A stretch of 64,000 bases of DNA from Auanema rhodensis (lineage: Eukaryota > Animalia > Nematoda), in assembly GCA_964057225.1 (NCBI GenBank), contig OZ059900.1:12586001-12650000 (forward strand), given 5' to 3'. Position numbers and translations under genes: made by a program. The notes under the pieces were generated by a model. The model did no database searches, had not been told where the DNA came from, and worked only from the letters and a program-made list of their open reading frames with translations. Of this stretch, positions 26,739-37,300 are shown piece by piece; the stretch's first letter is position 1, and the number at the start of each line of letters is the position of its first letter.

Positions 26739-27218
26739 TTCCTTTACTTTGTCTATTTCAGATTGTACTTTTCGGCCCGCCTTCCTATATCTTCATCTTT
26801 AGGAACGAAAAATACAAGATATACCTCAACCAAACCTCAACGGACTATAGACGATCTATATTTTGTTGAATTGTTAATTCTTTAATAAAGCATTCTACCA
26901 CTGACTATCTGTTCTATTGATCCTCAGCGGAATACCGACAACCGAATACCTTCGCCGAAGCGACATTGGTGCATCGACCGGTCACTGCTTCAACAGGTAC
27001 TTTATCATTTAATTTGGTGGCGACTCTTAAGTTCATCAGCTCAGGCGTGAATTTCCCTACAGTAATCGATATAATTTCGGAGCATAATAACGCTCCAAGA
27101 TACGACAAGTCGTATATCTCATACTCATTTGTTGTACTTTGTACAACTTTCATTTCTTGTTCTCTCTCATTTTCTGAATTTTTTTCATCATTATCAGCTA
27201 TAGAAGCTTACCTATTAC
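26739..27218 (+). mobile_element. Split BEL LTR (type A, 3' part) with PBS and leader
   Basis: Starts mid-LTR at TTCCT, ends GCGACA (26965), then TTGGTGCATCGACCGG and the leader; the missing 5' part lies inverted at 36743-36818. Confidence 0.88.
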
Positions 27219-27704
27219 AAAATATTAACTATTAAACCTAACAAGTAATTTTAAAAATTAAAATCAACAACCGATTAAGAATGATAGAGTCTACAACATA
27301 GAAAAAATTGTAGAAAGAAAAATATATAATTTTGAAGAAAATAACAACAGTTGTTTGAATTGGATTGTGATAAGTAACTATCCTGCGTAGTATTAGGGCA
27401 CATACGTAATCATTAATAACTAATTAGTTACCATATCTTTTTATTTCTTCGAAAACTTTCAAAAACAAGAAGAAGTTTTTGGCATCAGCCAACTTTGTAA
27501 AACTATTATTTTTAGAAACAAAAATCAAATCAAAATATCCCGTACATGAGTTCAGTGTTGTTCATGATTACATGAAAAGGAAGATCACAAATACGTGAAT
27601 GTCAATACATTTTTTGCCTTTTGATCTACCCATCTATCGGAGACCAACCTCCAAATCTTTTCTACTCTGAAATCTAATTATTATCTGTGTGTTCGAAAAA
27701 CAAA

Positions 27705-27823
27705 AGCTTACGGCACCCGGGATTCCCAAGCCGTCTCCGATCCAAGTACTAACCGGGCCCAACGTTGCTTGACTTGCCAGATCAGACGGGATGGCGTACT
27801 TTCAACGTGGTATGGTCGTAAGC
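27705..27823 (-). rRNA. 5S rRNA gene
   Basis: Minus strand GCTTACGACCATACCACGTTGAAAGTACGCCATCCCGTCTGATCTGG...AGTACTTGGATCGGAGACGGCTTGGGAATCCCGGGTGCCGTAAGC, followed by T-runs; 119 nt. Confidence 0.96.
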
Positions 27824-28136
27824 AACGCTAGAACGTGTCGCGGTTAGCGATTATTTTTTATCCTTTTTTCTATGTTTTGTTCCATTTCAGTTTTGTTTTT
27901 ATCGTTTTCCTTTACTTTGTCTATTTCAGATTGTACTTTTCGGCCCGCCTTCCCATATCTTCATCTTTGGGATCGGAAAATACGATATACCTCAACCAAA
28001 CCTCAACGGAGTATAGACGATCTATATTTTGTTGAATTGTTAACTTTCTCTTTAATAAAGCATTCTACCACTGACTATCTGTTCTATTAATTCTCAGCGG
28101 AATACCGACAACCGAATACCTTCGCCGAAGCGACAT

Positions 28137-28149
28137 TGGTGCATCGACC
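28137..28149 (+). promoter_or_regulatory. Primer-binding site, tRNA-Gly type
   Basis: TGGTGCATCGACC immediately after the 5' LTR, complementary to the 3' end of tRNA-Gly(GCC) (...GGTCGATGCA-CCA; tRNA sequence recalled, not in the window). Confidence 0.8.
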
Positions 28150-28418
28150 ATCACGACTCAGGTCACTGCTTCAACAGGTACTTTATCATTTAATTTGGTG
28201 GCGACTCTTAAGTCCATCAGCTCAGGCGTGAATTTGCCTGCAGTAATCGATATAATTTCGGAGCATAATAACGCTCCAAGATACGACAAGTCGTATATCT
28301 CATACTCATTTGTAGTACTTTGTACAACTTTCATTTCTTGTTCTCTCTCATTTTCTGAATTTTATTCATCATTATCAGCTATAGAAGCTTACCTATTACG
28401 CCTCACACAGCGTTAGAA

Positions 28419-31400
28419 ATGGCCTCCTCATTTGTTGGCGACATTCGTCGTTCATACGACTTCTTATCCGTTTTGCTCAAACGTTACGCAAATCTTCTCG
28501 ACAACGAACCCGCCGGGGTATCTGATTCAGAAATAACATACGATAGAATTATTTTACTGCAATCAACTTTACGCAATCATGAATTGGTATTGAACGAGCT
28601 CTCTACTGCTCTCGACACAGTGAACAGAAACATAGAAAAATACCAAACCGTTTTCAAAGATTCTGATAAGGATCTTCGAAACGAAATGAAAGCATTATAC
28701 GAAGAACTTGAAGAAAATCCAAACAATCGTCAAGCTTACAATATAGCTGACGAACAAAGATTATTACTCCTTGACCGTATCAGTCATATTAAAACAGCAA
28801 TTGCATTCGTGGAATCACTACTTCCCGAGAAAAAGAAAGAAAAAGTAATCGAAAGCACTGGTACCGAAACAACACAAATTTATTCAAATTTATTACAATT
28901 GTTACAAACAAGCAATCATATTCAACGTCCGGTAACACAAATACCGACTTTCGATGGTACACCCGAAAATTTCAAACTGTATTGGTCAAGATTTAATAAC
29001 ATGATACATCAAAATCCACAATATTCCATACTTGATAAAGTGAACATTTTACTCGAAGGCTTATCCGATAAAGCTTTGGTCGTTATAAGGGGTATTGAAC
29101 CTAATGAAAACAACTATCTCTTACTGAGAAAAGCACTTGAAAATGCATATATGAGATATGCTACAGATAAACTTCAATTATTGAGGAAAATGAAAAATTT
29201 ATCTCCTGCTTCTGATGCAAAAAGCTGTAAGCAATTATTTGATTTGATCCAAAGCTATGATCGTCAAATTACAGCCGCTGGAAGTCATATTGGTCCTGAA
29301 TTTTTCTTTGCTATTTGCGCTGAAAAATTTCCTCATTATATAATGAGTGAACTATATCGTCAACCAGATCCTCTAGATCAATCAATGGATGACATTTATC
29401 AACATCTCTCTTCACGAATTTATGAATTCAGTTTAATGGACACTAGAAAACGAAATTCAGAACATGACTCACATAATTCACCAAATCGTGGAAAACATGT
29501 TGATAAAACTTTCGACAAATCCACTAAAAAAATTTGGACTTGTGTTTTTTGTGGTAAAGAAGGACATCCATCTTATTATTGCCGTACTTATGACACACCA
29601 CAGAAAAAACGTGAAATCTTAAAGAACAAAGAAGTATGCTGGCTTTGTTTCTCTACTTCACATCGCAGTCGTGATTGTTCTCGACCGAAATGCCCGAAAT
29701 GCAAAAATGAGCATAACAGTTGCTTATGTCTAAATTTAGATCGTGAAACAAAGAGTCCTGTAAAACCTATATCGTCCACAAGCATGATCATAACAGAAAG
29801 TGCAGGACAACAAACTCCAGACCTTACAGTCTCACAAAATAAAAATGACATCATTTCTACACCAACTGTATCACAAACAGTACCTACAGTACAACCAGCA
29901 TTTTTCAATCATCTACCAGTAACATTAATAGTTACTGAACCTAAGAATACACAATTACAATTGCTTACACATACCGAGGATACCCATGATATCGAGATGA
30001 GTCAAATTGTATTGAAAACAGCTATGACACATATATTCAGTTACACACAAAATAAATATATCACAGTAAAGGTAGTGATTGACAGTGGCTCAATGCGGTC
30101 TTTCATACGTAGTGATATAGCTAAGGATCTTCAATTGCCTATTAACAAAGTTCAACATCGCACATTCTTTGGAATAGGTGGCCTCAGCGAAACACATGAA
30201 TGTAAAGAAGTGAAAACTATTTTTTATACTTCTAATGGCAGTATCATCATAACCAACATGCTTACGAAACCATTCATAGCTACATCATTAAGAGCTCCAC
30301 TTTTAGACAATAATGATCGTTCATTCATTAAAAGAAACAATATAACTTTAGCTAATCCAATGATTGATGGTCAGGCATTTGAACCAGATATTCTAATTGG
30401 ATTAGATCGCTATAAGTTATTCGTTCATATGAATTCTGAACTTGAGTTACCCTCTACATTAAGAATGCAGAATACCAGTTTCGGTTATACCTTGTATGGG
30501 GAAATACCATATCAAAATCATTCTGTTACGTTAATAACAATTAATGATAAACCATTACAACATAATGATATGCTTCGATACATATTTGAAATTGATAGCT
30601 TAGGAATTAATACTTCTGAAGCTGGAATTGACACAACTATTGATTATTACGAAGATTATTCAAAACAGTTGACACTAACCAATCATCGTATTGAAGCTCC
30701 TTTACCATTGAAATCAAATTATCATCAATTACCAGATAATAAAGGTTTAGCCTTTTATCGATTTTTGGCATTGTTCAAAACTTTACAAGCAAATCCTTCG
30801 AAATTGGAAATGTACAGGAAAATTATTGATGATTATATCGATAACGGTATCATTGAAGAAGTTCCTTTTGAAACTTCCAACAATAATCATAATTCTGATA
30901 TTATATGTCATTATATTCCACATCATGGGGTATGGAATACAAACAAGCCGAATAAACCTTTACGAGTTGTTTTCGATGCTTCAGCTAAAACTAAGGGTAA
31001 ATTATCCCTTAACGACATACTATATACTGGAAAAAGTTTTGTGAACAATATTTTCAACATTCTCATTGCTTCAAGAATAAAACCAATCATTATTACTTGT
31101 GATATTCAATCAGCCTTTTTACAAGTAGGCTTACAGAAGCAACATCGGGATCTTTGCCGTTTCTTTTGGGTAAAGGATCCTCAAGGAAGTTGTAACTCAA
31201 GTAATACTAAGGTTTTTCGATTCAAACGCATACCATTTGGATTGACTGCCTCACCTAGCATTCTAAACATGAGTGTAAATTGGTATTTAAGCTCTTTGAA
31301 TACTGACTTATCAGATGAAATATTAAATACATTATATGTAGATAATATTCTATTATTTGCTGATAGTATAGATGAAGCTCAACAGAAATGTTCACTTACA

Positions 31401-34400
31401 CAACAATTATTTCAAAATATTTCGATGCATGTTCGTGAATTCGCATCGAATAAGTCAGAAGCTCTTCAGCACCTTCATAAAGATGATATTCTCTCTGATT
31501 GTCCACTAAAAATTCTTGGAGTACCTTATAATGCTCTAAGTGATTCCCTTTCAATTCGATTCAATATACCGGAACTCTCAACAGTAACCAAACGAAACGC
31601 ATTACAACAATTACATTCAGTTTATGATCCTTTGGGTATAACAAATCCATTAATTTTACCCTTGAAGGTTATTCTTAGAGATATTTTTGCACTTAAAACA
31701 GAATGGGATGATACTATACCTTCTGAATTATCAGCCTCTTGGACATCAATAATTAACGAGATTAATTATGCTAAGGTTACTGTACCTCGTGTACTATCAC
31801 CATCTATTGAAGAAGGTACATTATGGGTCTTTGCTGACGCTAGTTCAACAGCGTTAGCTGTGTGTGCTTACATACAGACAAACAACAAAATGAGTTCTAT
31901 TCTAGCAGGTAAAAGCCGCTTATCTCCTAAAACACCAATTACAATTCCACGCATGGAACTCTTAGCTATTCGATTAGCTATGAGACTTTCTCACACAATA
32001 TTAATGGAATTACCATGTAAAAAACTAAATATTGTAAGTGATAGCAGCATTGCGTTATCATGGATTTTAACAAATAAGCAATTACCTGACTTCATAGCAA
32101 AACAAGTTCAAAATGTACAACATATGACCCGTGTATTAGAAGAACATTCGATTAATGTTCAATTTTACCATGTTACTACGGATTATAATCCGGCTGACAT
32201 TGGTTCACGAGGAGCCAATAAATATCAACTTCAGGAGTCTATGTGGCTTCTTGGACCACAGTGGATTCTTAACAGAACCGTTCAAGCTTTAACACCATAT
32301 GGTTCCTTGCAAGTGATGCATGTTTCACCTGTATCATTACTTATAGCTCAAGCTATATCTGTACCCTTGGAACATAACCTAGCTTATCATAACGGTCATT
32401 TTGCAACTTTACGTTTGTTAGCCCGTTTGGCTAAAATTATAAAAATTTGGCATTTAAAAACATTTAAAAATCAAAATGGACATAAATTACGAAATATTTC
32501 ACAAATATCAACATCATATCCCGTTTTAACAACTGATTTGAAGATAATACGTACTATTTTAATTCGACAAGCTCAAGATCATCTCATTATTAATGATTTA
32601 CGACGACAATATCCTGGTTATCATTTCTATCATGATGATAACGAGATAATTCGAGTAAGAAGCCGATTACAAAATTCTTTACTATCCTATGATACAAAAA
32701 ACCCAATTTATCTTCCTCGCAACTCATTATTCACTCAACACATAATTATGGACGCTCATCGCGCATCTTTTCATCAAGGAAAAGAATTTTTGATCACACA
32801 TCTTCGTCAAACTTATTTTATTGCTCGCGCTGCAGCAATTATAAAACAAACTTTGAAGAAATGTCATTTATGCAATAAATATCAATCTTTACCATATGGC
32901 ACTCCTGATATGCCTTCATTGCCTAAAGATAGAGTGATATTAACTAAACCATTTCTTAACACTGGTTGCGACTTATTTGGACCTATTATGCTTAAAAGTG
33001 GACATAAGGTCTATGTATGTCTTTTTACTTGCTTAACCATACGTGCCATTCATCTTGAAATGGTCTATGATCAAACAGCGACTTCATTTATGAACGCTTT
33101 CACTCGTTTCATAGCCCGACGAGGTTTACCAACCACAATGCGAAGTGATTGTGGGGGTAATTTTATTCTCGGAGCTCAATTAATTGAGACAATACAAAAA
33201 TCAGCTGAATTTAATTTCACCCCAGCTGATATTGTAGTCCATCTAGCCAAAAATAACATAAATTGGCTCTTTAACACACCTAAGTCTCCATGGAAAGGAG
33301 GTTCTTGGGAAAGAATGGTGGGAATTACTAAAAATGCAATGAAAAAGGCAATACAAAGAAATAAATTAACATTTGATGAATTATTAACTTTAATTCTCAA
33401 AATTGAAGCAGTCATTAACACAAGGCCTTTAACACATCCAGATCCAAATAATATAAATCACGTACCTATTCGTCCTGTCGATTTCATTTCGCCTGGTCTT
33501 GTTCTTTCCCTACCGGATGATTGTGGTTCTCGAGTTTATAATAATTCCATTGATATTCCTGTAATACAAAACGTTGAACAAGCATTAGAAACTTTACAAC
33601 TTACTTCTGATGCAGCTACGATGTTTTGGGATAAATTTCAAACAGAATATTTGATATATATTCGTGATATATACAAACATTCCCGAAAACAACCTTCAGC
33701 AAATGCCAATAAACCTAATATTGGTGAAATTGTAGTTATACATAACGATAACTTACCTCGTGGTCAATGGAAACTTGGTCGAATCACAGAACTTATAAGT
33801 AGTTCTGATGGATTCATTCGTACAGCTAAAGTTCTCACTCCAGCTGGGAACATCATATCTCGTTCCTTAAATCATCTATATCCACTTGAATTACGAAGTG
33901 TTTTACCTGATATGACATCAATTCCTCGATCTACTCCTTCCGAAGACACTTCATTGTCTTTGAAGGTAGGATCTGCTTCGGATATGATGAACCTTGATGC
34001 TCAACCAATACAGGAATATATTATAAGATCAAACTCACCTGTACCTTCAATCCATGAAACGAACAATGTGGTTACATGTCCTGAACCAATTGATATTAAT
34101 AATCCTCAAAAAATTTACATACCTACGTCCAAAATTTCTTCGATACATAATCCGATCCTTGAGGAAGAAGCTGAATTACAATTATGGGGTCCAGGTCATA
34201 CGCCTGACGATAATCGTAAAAAATTACAAAAGAAAAACACAAGTAAAGCAAAACAAACCATAATTTTGCCTACCATTGACCAAAACGACGTAAAACCATC
34301 TACTGAAACAAACGAAAAACGTGTTCGCACCTTACCTTTACGGGATCACATCACATACGCTTCGCGAAAGAATTTCAAATCAGCAATGACGTCTGCAATT

Positions 34401-36332
34401 TTAATTTTTACAATAATATCGATATTTTTACCCGTAGCATCTGCAAATTCTGTAGTATGTGATGAGGCAAAGTTTTTATCCATACATTTGCTTGGAAACC
34501 CACATTGTGCTCCTCATCTTGCCATGTGGTCATTGTTCTTACCACTTTGTTGTTTATTTGGCATCCTTTGTTGTTGTATACGCATAGGATTCCATCAATA
34601 TCGATATAATTCCTGGTCTAATACTATTCGTTACATATCTTCTTTTTTCACACTTAGACCTCATACTCCGGAACAGAATGATATTGAATTAGGAGTTATT
34701 GAACCTCCTCCAACTTCATCTGAGAATATTCCACATATAGAACCTAAATTATATCCTCCATTTTGGAAAAGAGGTTCTCGATTATCAATTATCAGTATAC
34801 TAACGATATTTCTGATTAATAATACTACTGCTTGTACCGATCATCACGTTATTCATTCGGTTTCTACACATTGTCTGAATCGTACTCAATGTTATCACCA
34901 ATATAGTGATCAAATAGTTTTTTCTCCTGGAGTTAAAGATTTATGCCTGGATATAAAATTTAAAAATCATTCTATTGGTTATATTCAAATTCGAAAATTA
35001 TATACAAGTTATGAATGTAAGAAAACCACAAAATTTTTTACAAAGGCTACTTTGCCTAAACTAACTGTTGATTTTCGATGTGCTCATATGGGATCTTGTG
35101 ATCAAACTTGTGAAACTATGAATCATCGCTCTCGTATTTCTGAATTCGAACCATATAATTATCCAACACAATCCAAATGTGTCCGGTCTTCAGCACATAT
35201 ATGGCGTTGTTTGACATTTTGGGAAAACCCTTGTCTTTTCTACAAATTAGAACATGTACCTACTTCGGACGACATATTTGAAGTATTTAAATGTGAAGAT
35301 TGGACAACATCTTCAACTTTTGAAATTACAACACATATTGTTAAAGATAAAAATATTTATAATATCACAATTCCACCATATTTGAAGATGAATTACTCTT
35401 TTTTCAATATGACGATCAATACACAAGACAAACCTCCTACTCCACTTCATAATTATTATTTTGTTGCTTCAAACAATCAAATCTTTGCTGTTGAACCACA
35501 TTTTCCATTTATGGTACAATGTATTTCGAAGGCAGACACTTCCGACAATTTTTCAAGATGTACAACGGTTATCGATTGTACTTGTAACAAAATCAATAAT
35601 GATGTTGCTGGCTGTATATGTCCACAACATAATTTCACACATTTTTCTCATATTTTACCTCCGTATATGGCAAACACGGAGACAATCTATAAACCCGATA
35701 CATCCTTAACTTTTCGAACTCAGTCTGATGAAACTACAGTTTCAATTGATTCTGAACTTTTATATGACAGTAATACATTTTCCTATGATATACCTTGTCG
35801 TCCCTTATTGATCAGTCTCTCCGGATGTTATTCCTGTGGGCAGGGTGCATCTGCATTGTTTTCTTGTATGTCATCTAAAGAAACATGGATACCGATCGAG
35901 TGTTCAAAAGATGTATTCATGATTAAATGTTCACCCTTCAATGAAATTACAAATATCAATATTAAAAGAGATAATTCAATTATAAATGAAGTTTGTCATA
36001 CTAAATGTAATCATGAAAAAATTGATATAATTGTAACGGGACAATTATATTTTAATTCATCTACTAATGAACCAAATGAAATTCATTCAAATCAGAATTC
36101 AGTTATAATACCTGACATAATTCCTTTTTTGAAACTTTTTAAAGAACACTGGATGATGTTTTCAATCTGCGTTGTTTTTCTGATCATCATATGTTTTTTG
36201 GGATACCTAGGTTGTACTCCAGCCATTTATTTTTTCTTGATCACAGCTTTCCGTACTATTAAAATCATAATAGATACAACAACCAAGTTTTTCTTTATTC
36301 TTAGAAATCTTTGTTTTGATAGAAGATTTTAA
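28419..36332 (+). CDS. BEL Gag-protease-RT-RNaseH-integrase-Env polyprotein; Env is phlebovirus-Gc-like (class II)
   Basis: Three Cys/His knuckles, VIDSGS protease, LRVVFDAS/PFGL/YVDN RT, FADAS RNase H, H..H..C..C and GCDLFGP/SDCG/WERMVG integrase, Cys-rich ectodomain (RCAHMGSC, LSGCYSCGQGA) and a C-terminal TM. Confidence 0.96.
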   Translation: MASSFVGDIRRSYDFLSVLLKRYANLLDNEPAGVSDSEITYDRIILLQSTLRNHELVLNELSTALDTVNRNIEKYQTVFKDSDKDLRNEMKALYEELEENPNNRQAYNIADEQRLLLLDRISHIKTAIAFVESLLPEKKKEKVIESTGTETTQIYSNLLQLLQTSNHIQRPVTQIPTFDGTPENFKLYWSRFNNMIHQNPQYSILDKVNILLEGLSDKALVVIRGIEPNENNYLLLRKALENAYMRYATDKLQLLRKMKNLSPASDAKSCKQLFDLIQSYDRQITAAGSHIGPEFFFAICAEKFPHYIMSELYRQPDPLDQSMDDIYQHLSSRIYEFSLMDTRKRNSEHDSHNSPNRGKHVDKTFDKSTKKIWTCVFCGKEGHPSYYCRTYDTPQKKREILKNKEVCWLCFSTSHRSRDCSRPKCPKCKNEHNSCLCLNLDRETKSPVKPISSTSMIITESAGQQTPDLTVSQNKNDIISTPTVSQTVPTVQPAFFNHLPVTLIVTEPKNTQLQLLTHTEDTHDIEMSQIVLKTAMTHIFSYTQNKYITVKVVIDSGSMRSFIRSDIAKDLQLPINKVQHRTFFGIGGLSETHECKEVKTIFYTSNGSIIITNMLTKPFIATSLRAPLLDNNDRSFIKRNNITLANPMIDGQAFEPDILIGLDRYKLFVHMNSELELPSTLRMQNTSFGYTLYGEIPYQNHSVTLITINDKPLQHNDMLRYIFEIDSLGINTSEAGIDTTIDYYEDYSKQLTLTNHRIEAPLPLKSNYHQLPDNKGLAFYRFLALFKTLQANPSKLEMYRKIIDDYIDNGIIEEVPFETSNNNHNSDIICHYIPHHGVWNTNKPNKPLRVVFDASAKTKGKLSLNDILYTGKSFVNNIFNILIASRIKPIIITCDIQSAFLQVGLQKQHRDLCRFFWVKDPQGSCNSSNTKVFRFKRIPFGLTASPSILNMSVNWYLSSLNTDLSDEILNTLYVDNILLFADSIDEAQQKCSLTQQLFQNISMHVREFASNKSEALQHLHKDDILSDCPLKILGVPYNALSDSLSIRFNIPELSTVTKRNALQQLHSVYDPLGITNPLILPLKVILRDIFALKTEWDDTIPSELSASWTSIINEINYAKVTVPRVLSPSIEEGTLWVFADASSTALAVCAYIQTNNKMSSILAGKSRLSPKTPITIPRMELLAIRLAMRLSHTILMELPCKKLNIVSDSSIALSWILTNKQLPDFIAKQVQNVQHMTRVLEEHSINVQFYHVTTDYNPADIGSRGANKYQLQESMWLLGPQWILNRTVQALTPYGSLQVMHVSPVSLLIAQAISVPLEHNLAYHNGHFATLRLLARLAKIIKIWHLKTFKNQNGHKLRNISQISTSYPVLTTDLKIIRTILIRQAQDHLIINDLRRQYPGYHFYHDDNEIIRVRSRLQNSLLSYDTKNPIYLPRNSLFTQHIIMDAHRASFHQGKEFLITHLRQTYFIARAAAIIKQTLKKCHLCNKYQSLPYGTPDMPSLPKDRVILTKPFLNTGCDLFGPIMLKSGHKVYVCLFTCLTIRAIHLEMVYDQTATSFMNAFTRFIARRGLPTTMRSDCGGNFILGAQLIETIQKSAEFNFTPADIVVHLAKNNINWLFNTPKSPWKGGSWERMVGITKNAMKKAIQRNKLTFDELLTLILKIEAVINTRPLTHPDPNNINHVPIRPVDFISPGLVLSLPDDCGSRVYNNSIDIPVIQNVEQALETLQLTSDAATMFWDKFQTEYLIYIRDIYKHSRKQPSANANKPNIGEIVVIHNDNLPRGQWKLGRITELISSSDGFIRTAKVLTPAGNIISRSLNHLYPLELRSVLPDMTSIPRSTPSEDTSLSLKVGSASDMMNLDAQPIQEYIIRSNSPVPSIHETNNVVTCPEPIDINNPQKIYIPTSKISSIHNPILEEEAELQLWGPGHTPDDNRKKLQKKNTSKAKQTIILPTIDQNDVKPSTETNEKRVRTLPLRDHITYASRKNFKSAMTSAILIFTIISIFLPVASANSVVCDEAKFLSIHLLGNPHCAPHLAMWSLFLPLCCLFGILCCCIRIGFHQYRYNSWSNTIRYISSFFTLRPHTPEQNDIELGVIEPPPTSSENIPHIEPKLYPPFWKRGSRLSIISILTIFLINNTTACTDHHVIHSVSTHCLNRTQCYHQYSDQIVFSPGVKDLCLDIKFKNHSIGYIQIRKLYTSYECKKTTKFFTKATLPKLTVDFRCAHMGSCDQTCETMNHRSRISEFEPYNYPTQSKCVRSSAHIWRCLTFWENPCLFYKLEHVPTSDDIFEVFKCEDWTTSSTFEITTHIVKDKNIYNITIPPYLKMNYSFFNMTINTQDKPPTPLHNYYFVASNNQIFAVEPHFPFMVQCISKADTSDNFSRCTTVIDCTCNKINNDVAGCICPQHNFTHFSHILPPYMANTETIYKPDTSLTFRTQSDETTVSIDSELLYDSNTFSYDIPCRPLLISLSGCYSCGQGASALFSCMSSKETWIPIECSKDVFMIKCSPFNEITNINIKRDNSIINEVCHTKCNHEKIDIIVTGQLYFNSSTNEPNEIHSNQNSVIIPDIIPFLKLFKEHWMMFSICVVFLIIICFLGYLGCTPAIYFFLITAFRTIKIIIDTTTKFFFILRNLCFDRRF

Positions 36333-36742
36333 CATTGAACTAATTCCGTACTATCCTTAAAAATCTTACTATATAAGCATCATGGGTCATTATGCGACGG
36401 ACAACGTCGCAAAAGGCCAATGGCTTAGCTGCGGCGGCAGTGTCGCGGTTAGCGATTATTTTTTATTCTTTTTTCTATGTTTTGTTCCATTTCAGTTTTG
36501 TTTTTATCGTTTTCCTTTACTTTGTCTATTTCAGATTGTACTTTTCGGCCCGCCTTCCCATATCTTCATCTTTGGGATCGGAAAATACAAGACATACCTC
36601 AACTTACTTCAACGGAGTATAGACGATCTATATTTTGTTGATATTGTTAACGTTCTCTTTAATAAAGCATTCTACCACTGATTATTTGTTATTCGAATCT
36701 CAGCGGAAAACTATCACACGGAATACCTTCGCCGAAGCGACA

Positions 36743-36818
36743 AGGAAAACGATAAAAACAAAACTGAAATGGAACAAAACATAGAAAAAAAGATAAAAAA
36801 TAATCGCTAACCGCGACA
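36743..36818 (-). repeat. 5' part of the split BEL LTR (inverted)
   Basis: Revcomp of the first ~76 nt of the LTR; begins with AGGAA (TSD); repeated at 44917-44986. Confidence 0.9.
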
Positions 36819-36832
36819 GTGAACCTTTCACT

Positions 36833-37300
36833 GGAATGATGGCCTAATGGTATGAGTCTGGATCACAAACCCGAGGCTCACAGGTTCGAGTCCTGCCGGG
36901 TGCCGTGGGTTTTATCTTTACCCACGCGAAGTCTTTTGTCATATATCCCGATTGAACACCTCTCGGAGACCGGAGATAAACATGCAATCACCACGGGAAT
37001 AGCCTAGTGGTGTAATACCTCCTGAGGCGATTTACACTCACTGGTTCAATCCCAGCTGGCTGCCTTTGTGGACCGCCATAAGTGGGCTACAACCTGGCGT
37101 CTCAGGCCTGTCGAGAACCAGGGAAACCCCCCCCCTTTTCCTACTTTGTTGTTTTCCCGATTTGAAACTGCTCAACTCGGAGCCTGGTGATTACAACTTA
37201 AAGTACAATAATCACCACCGGGATAGCCTAGTGGTGTGATACCAGGACTAGCAATCCGAGGCAATTCACACTAACTAGATCGACCCCCGGCTGGTTACCA
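36833..37300 (+). ncRNA. Cluster of three tRNA-like Pol III-type units (36833-36905, 36993-37064, 37217-37300)
   Basis: Box A TGGCCTAATGG / TAGCCTAGTGG; T-arms CAGG-TTCGAGT-CCTG and CTGG-TTCAATC-CCAG; long central hairpin; no canonical acceptor stem. Confidence 0.6.

Larger units (their letters stand above)
27836..36742 (+). mobile_element. Full-length BEL/Pao LTR retrotransposon with env (endogenous belpaovirus-like)
   Basis: LTRs 27836-28135 and 36441-36742 (TG...CA), PBS 28137-28149, single 2637-aa ORF. Confidence 0.97.

Noticed and set aside
27219-27704. Possible SL1 spliced-leader gene linked to 5S
   Set aside because: Only an 8-nt ATTAAACC match; no full GGTTTAATTACCCAAGTTTGAG on either strand.
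28195-28416. 73-aa ORF just upstream of BEL gag, and ORFs inside the LTRs
   Set aside because: Non-ATG starts in leader/LTR sequence, low complexity, no recognisable motif.
36833-37300. Functional canonical tRNA genes
   Set aside because: No 7-bp acceptor stem or regular anticodon arm could be built; reported as tRNA-like instead.
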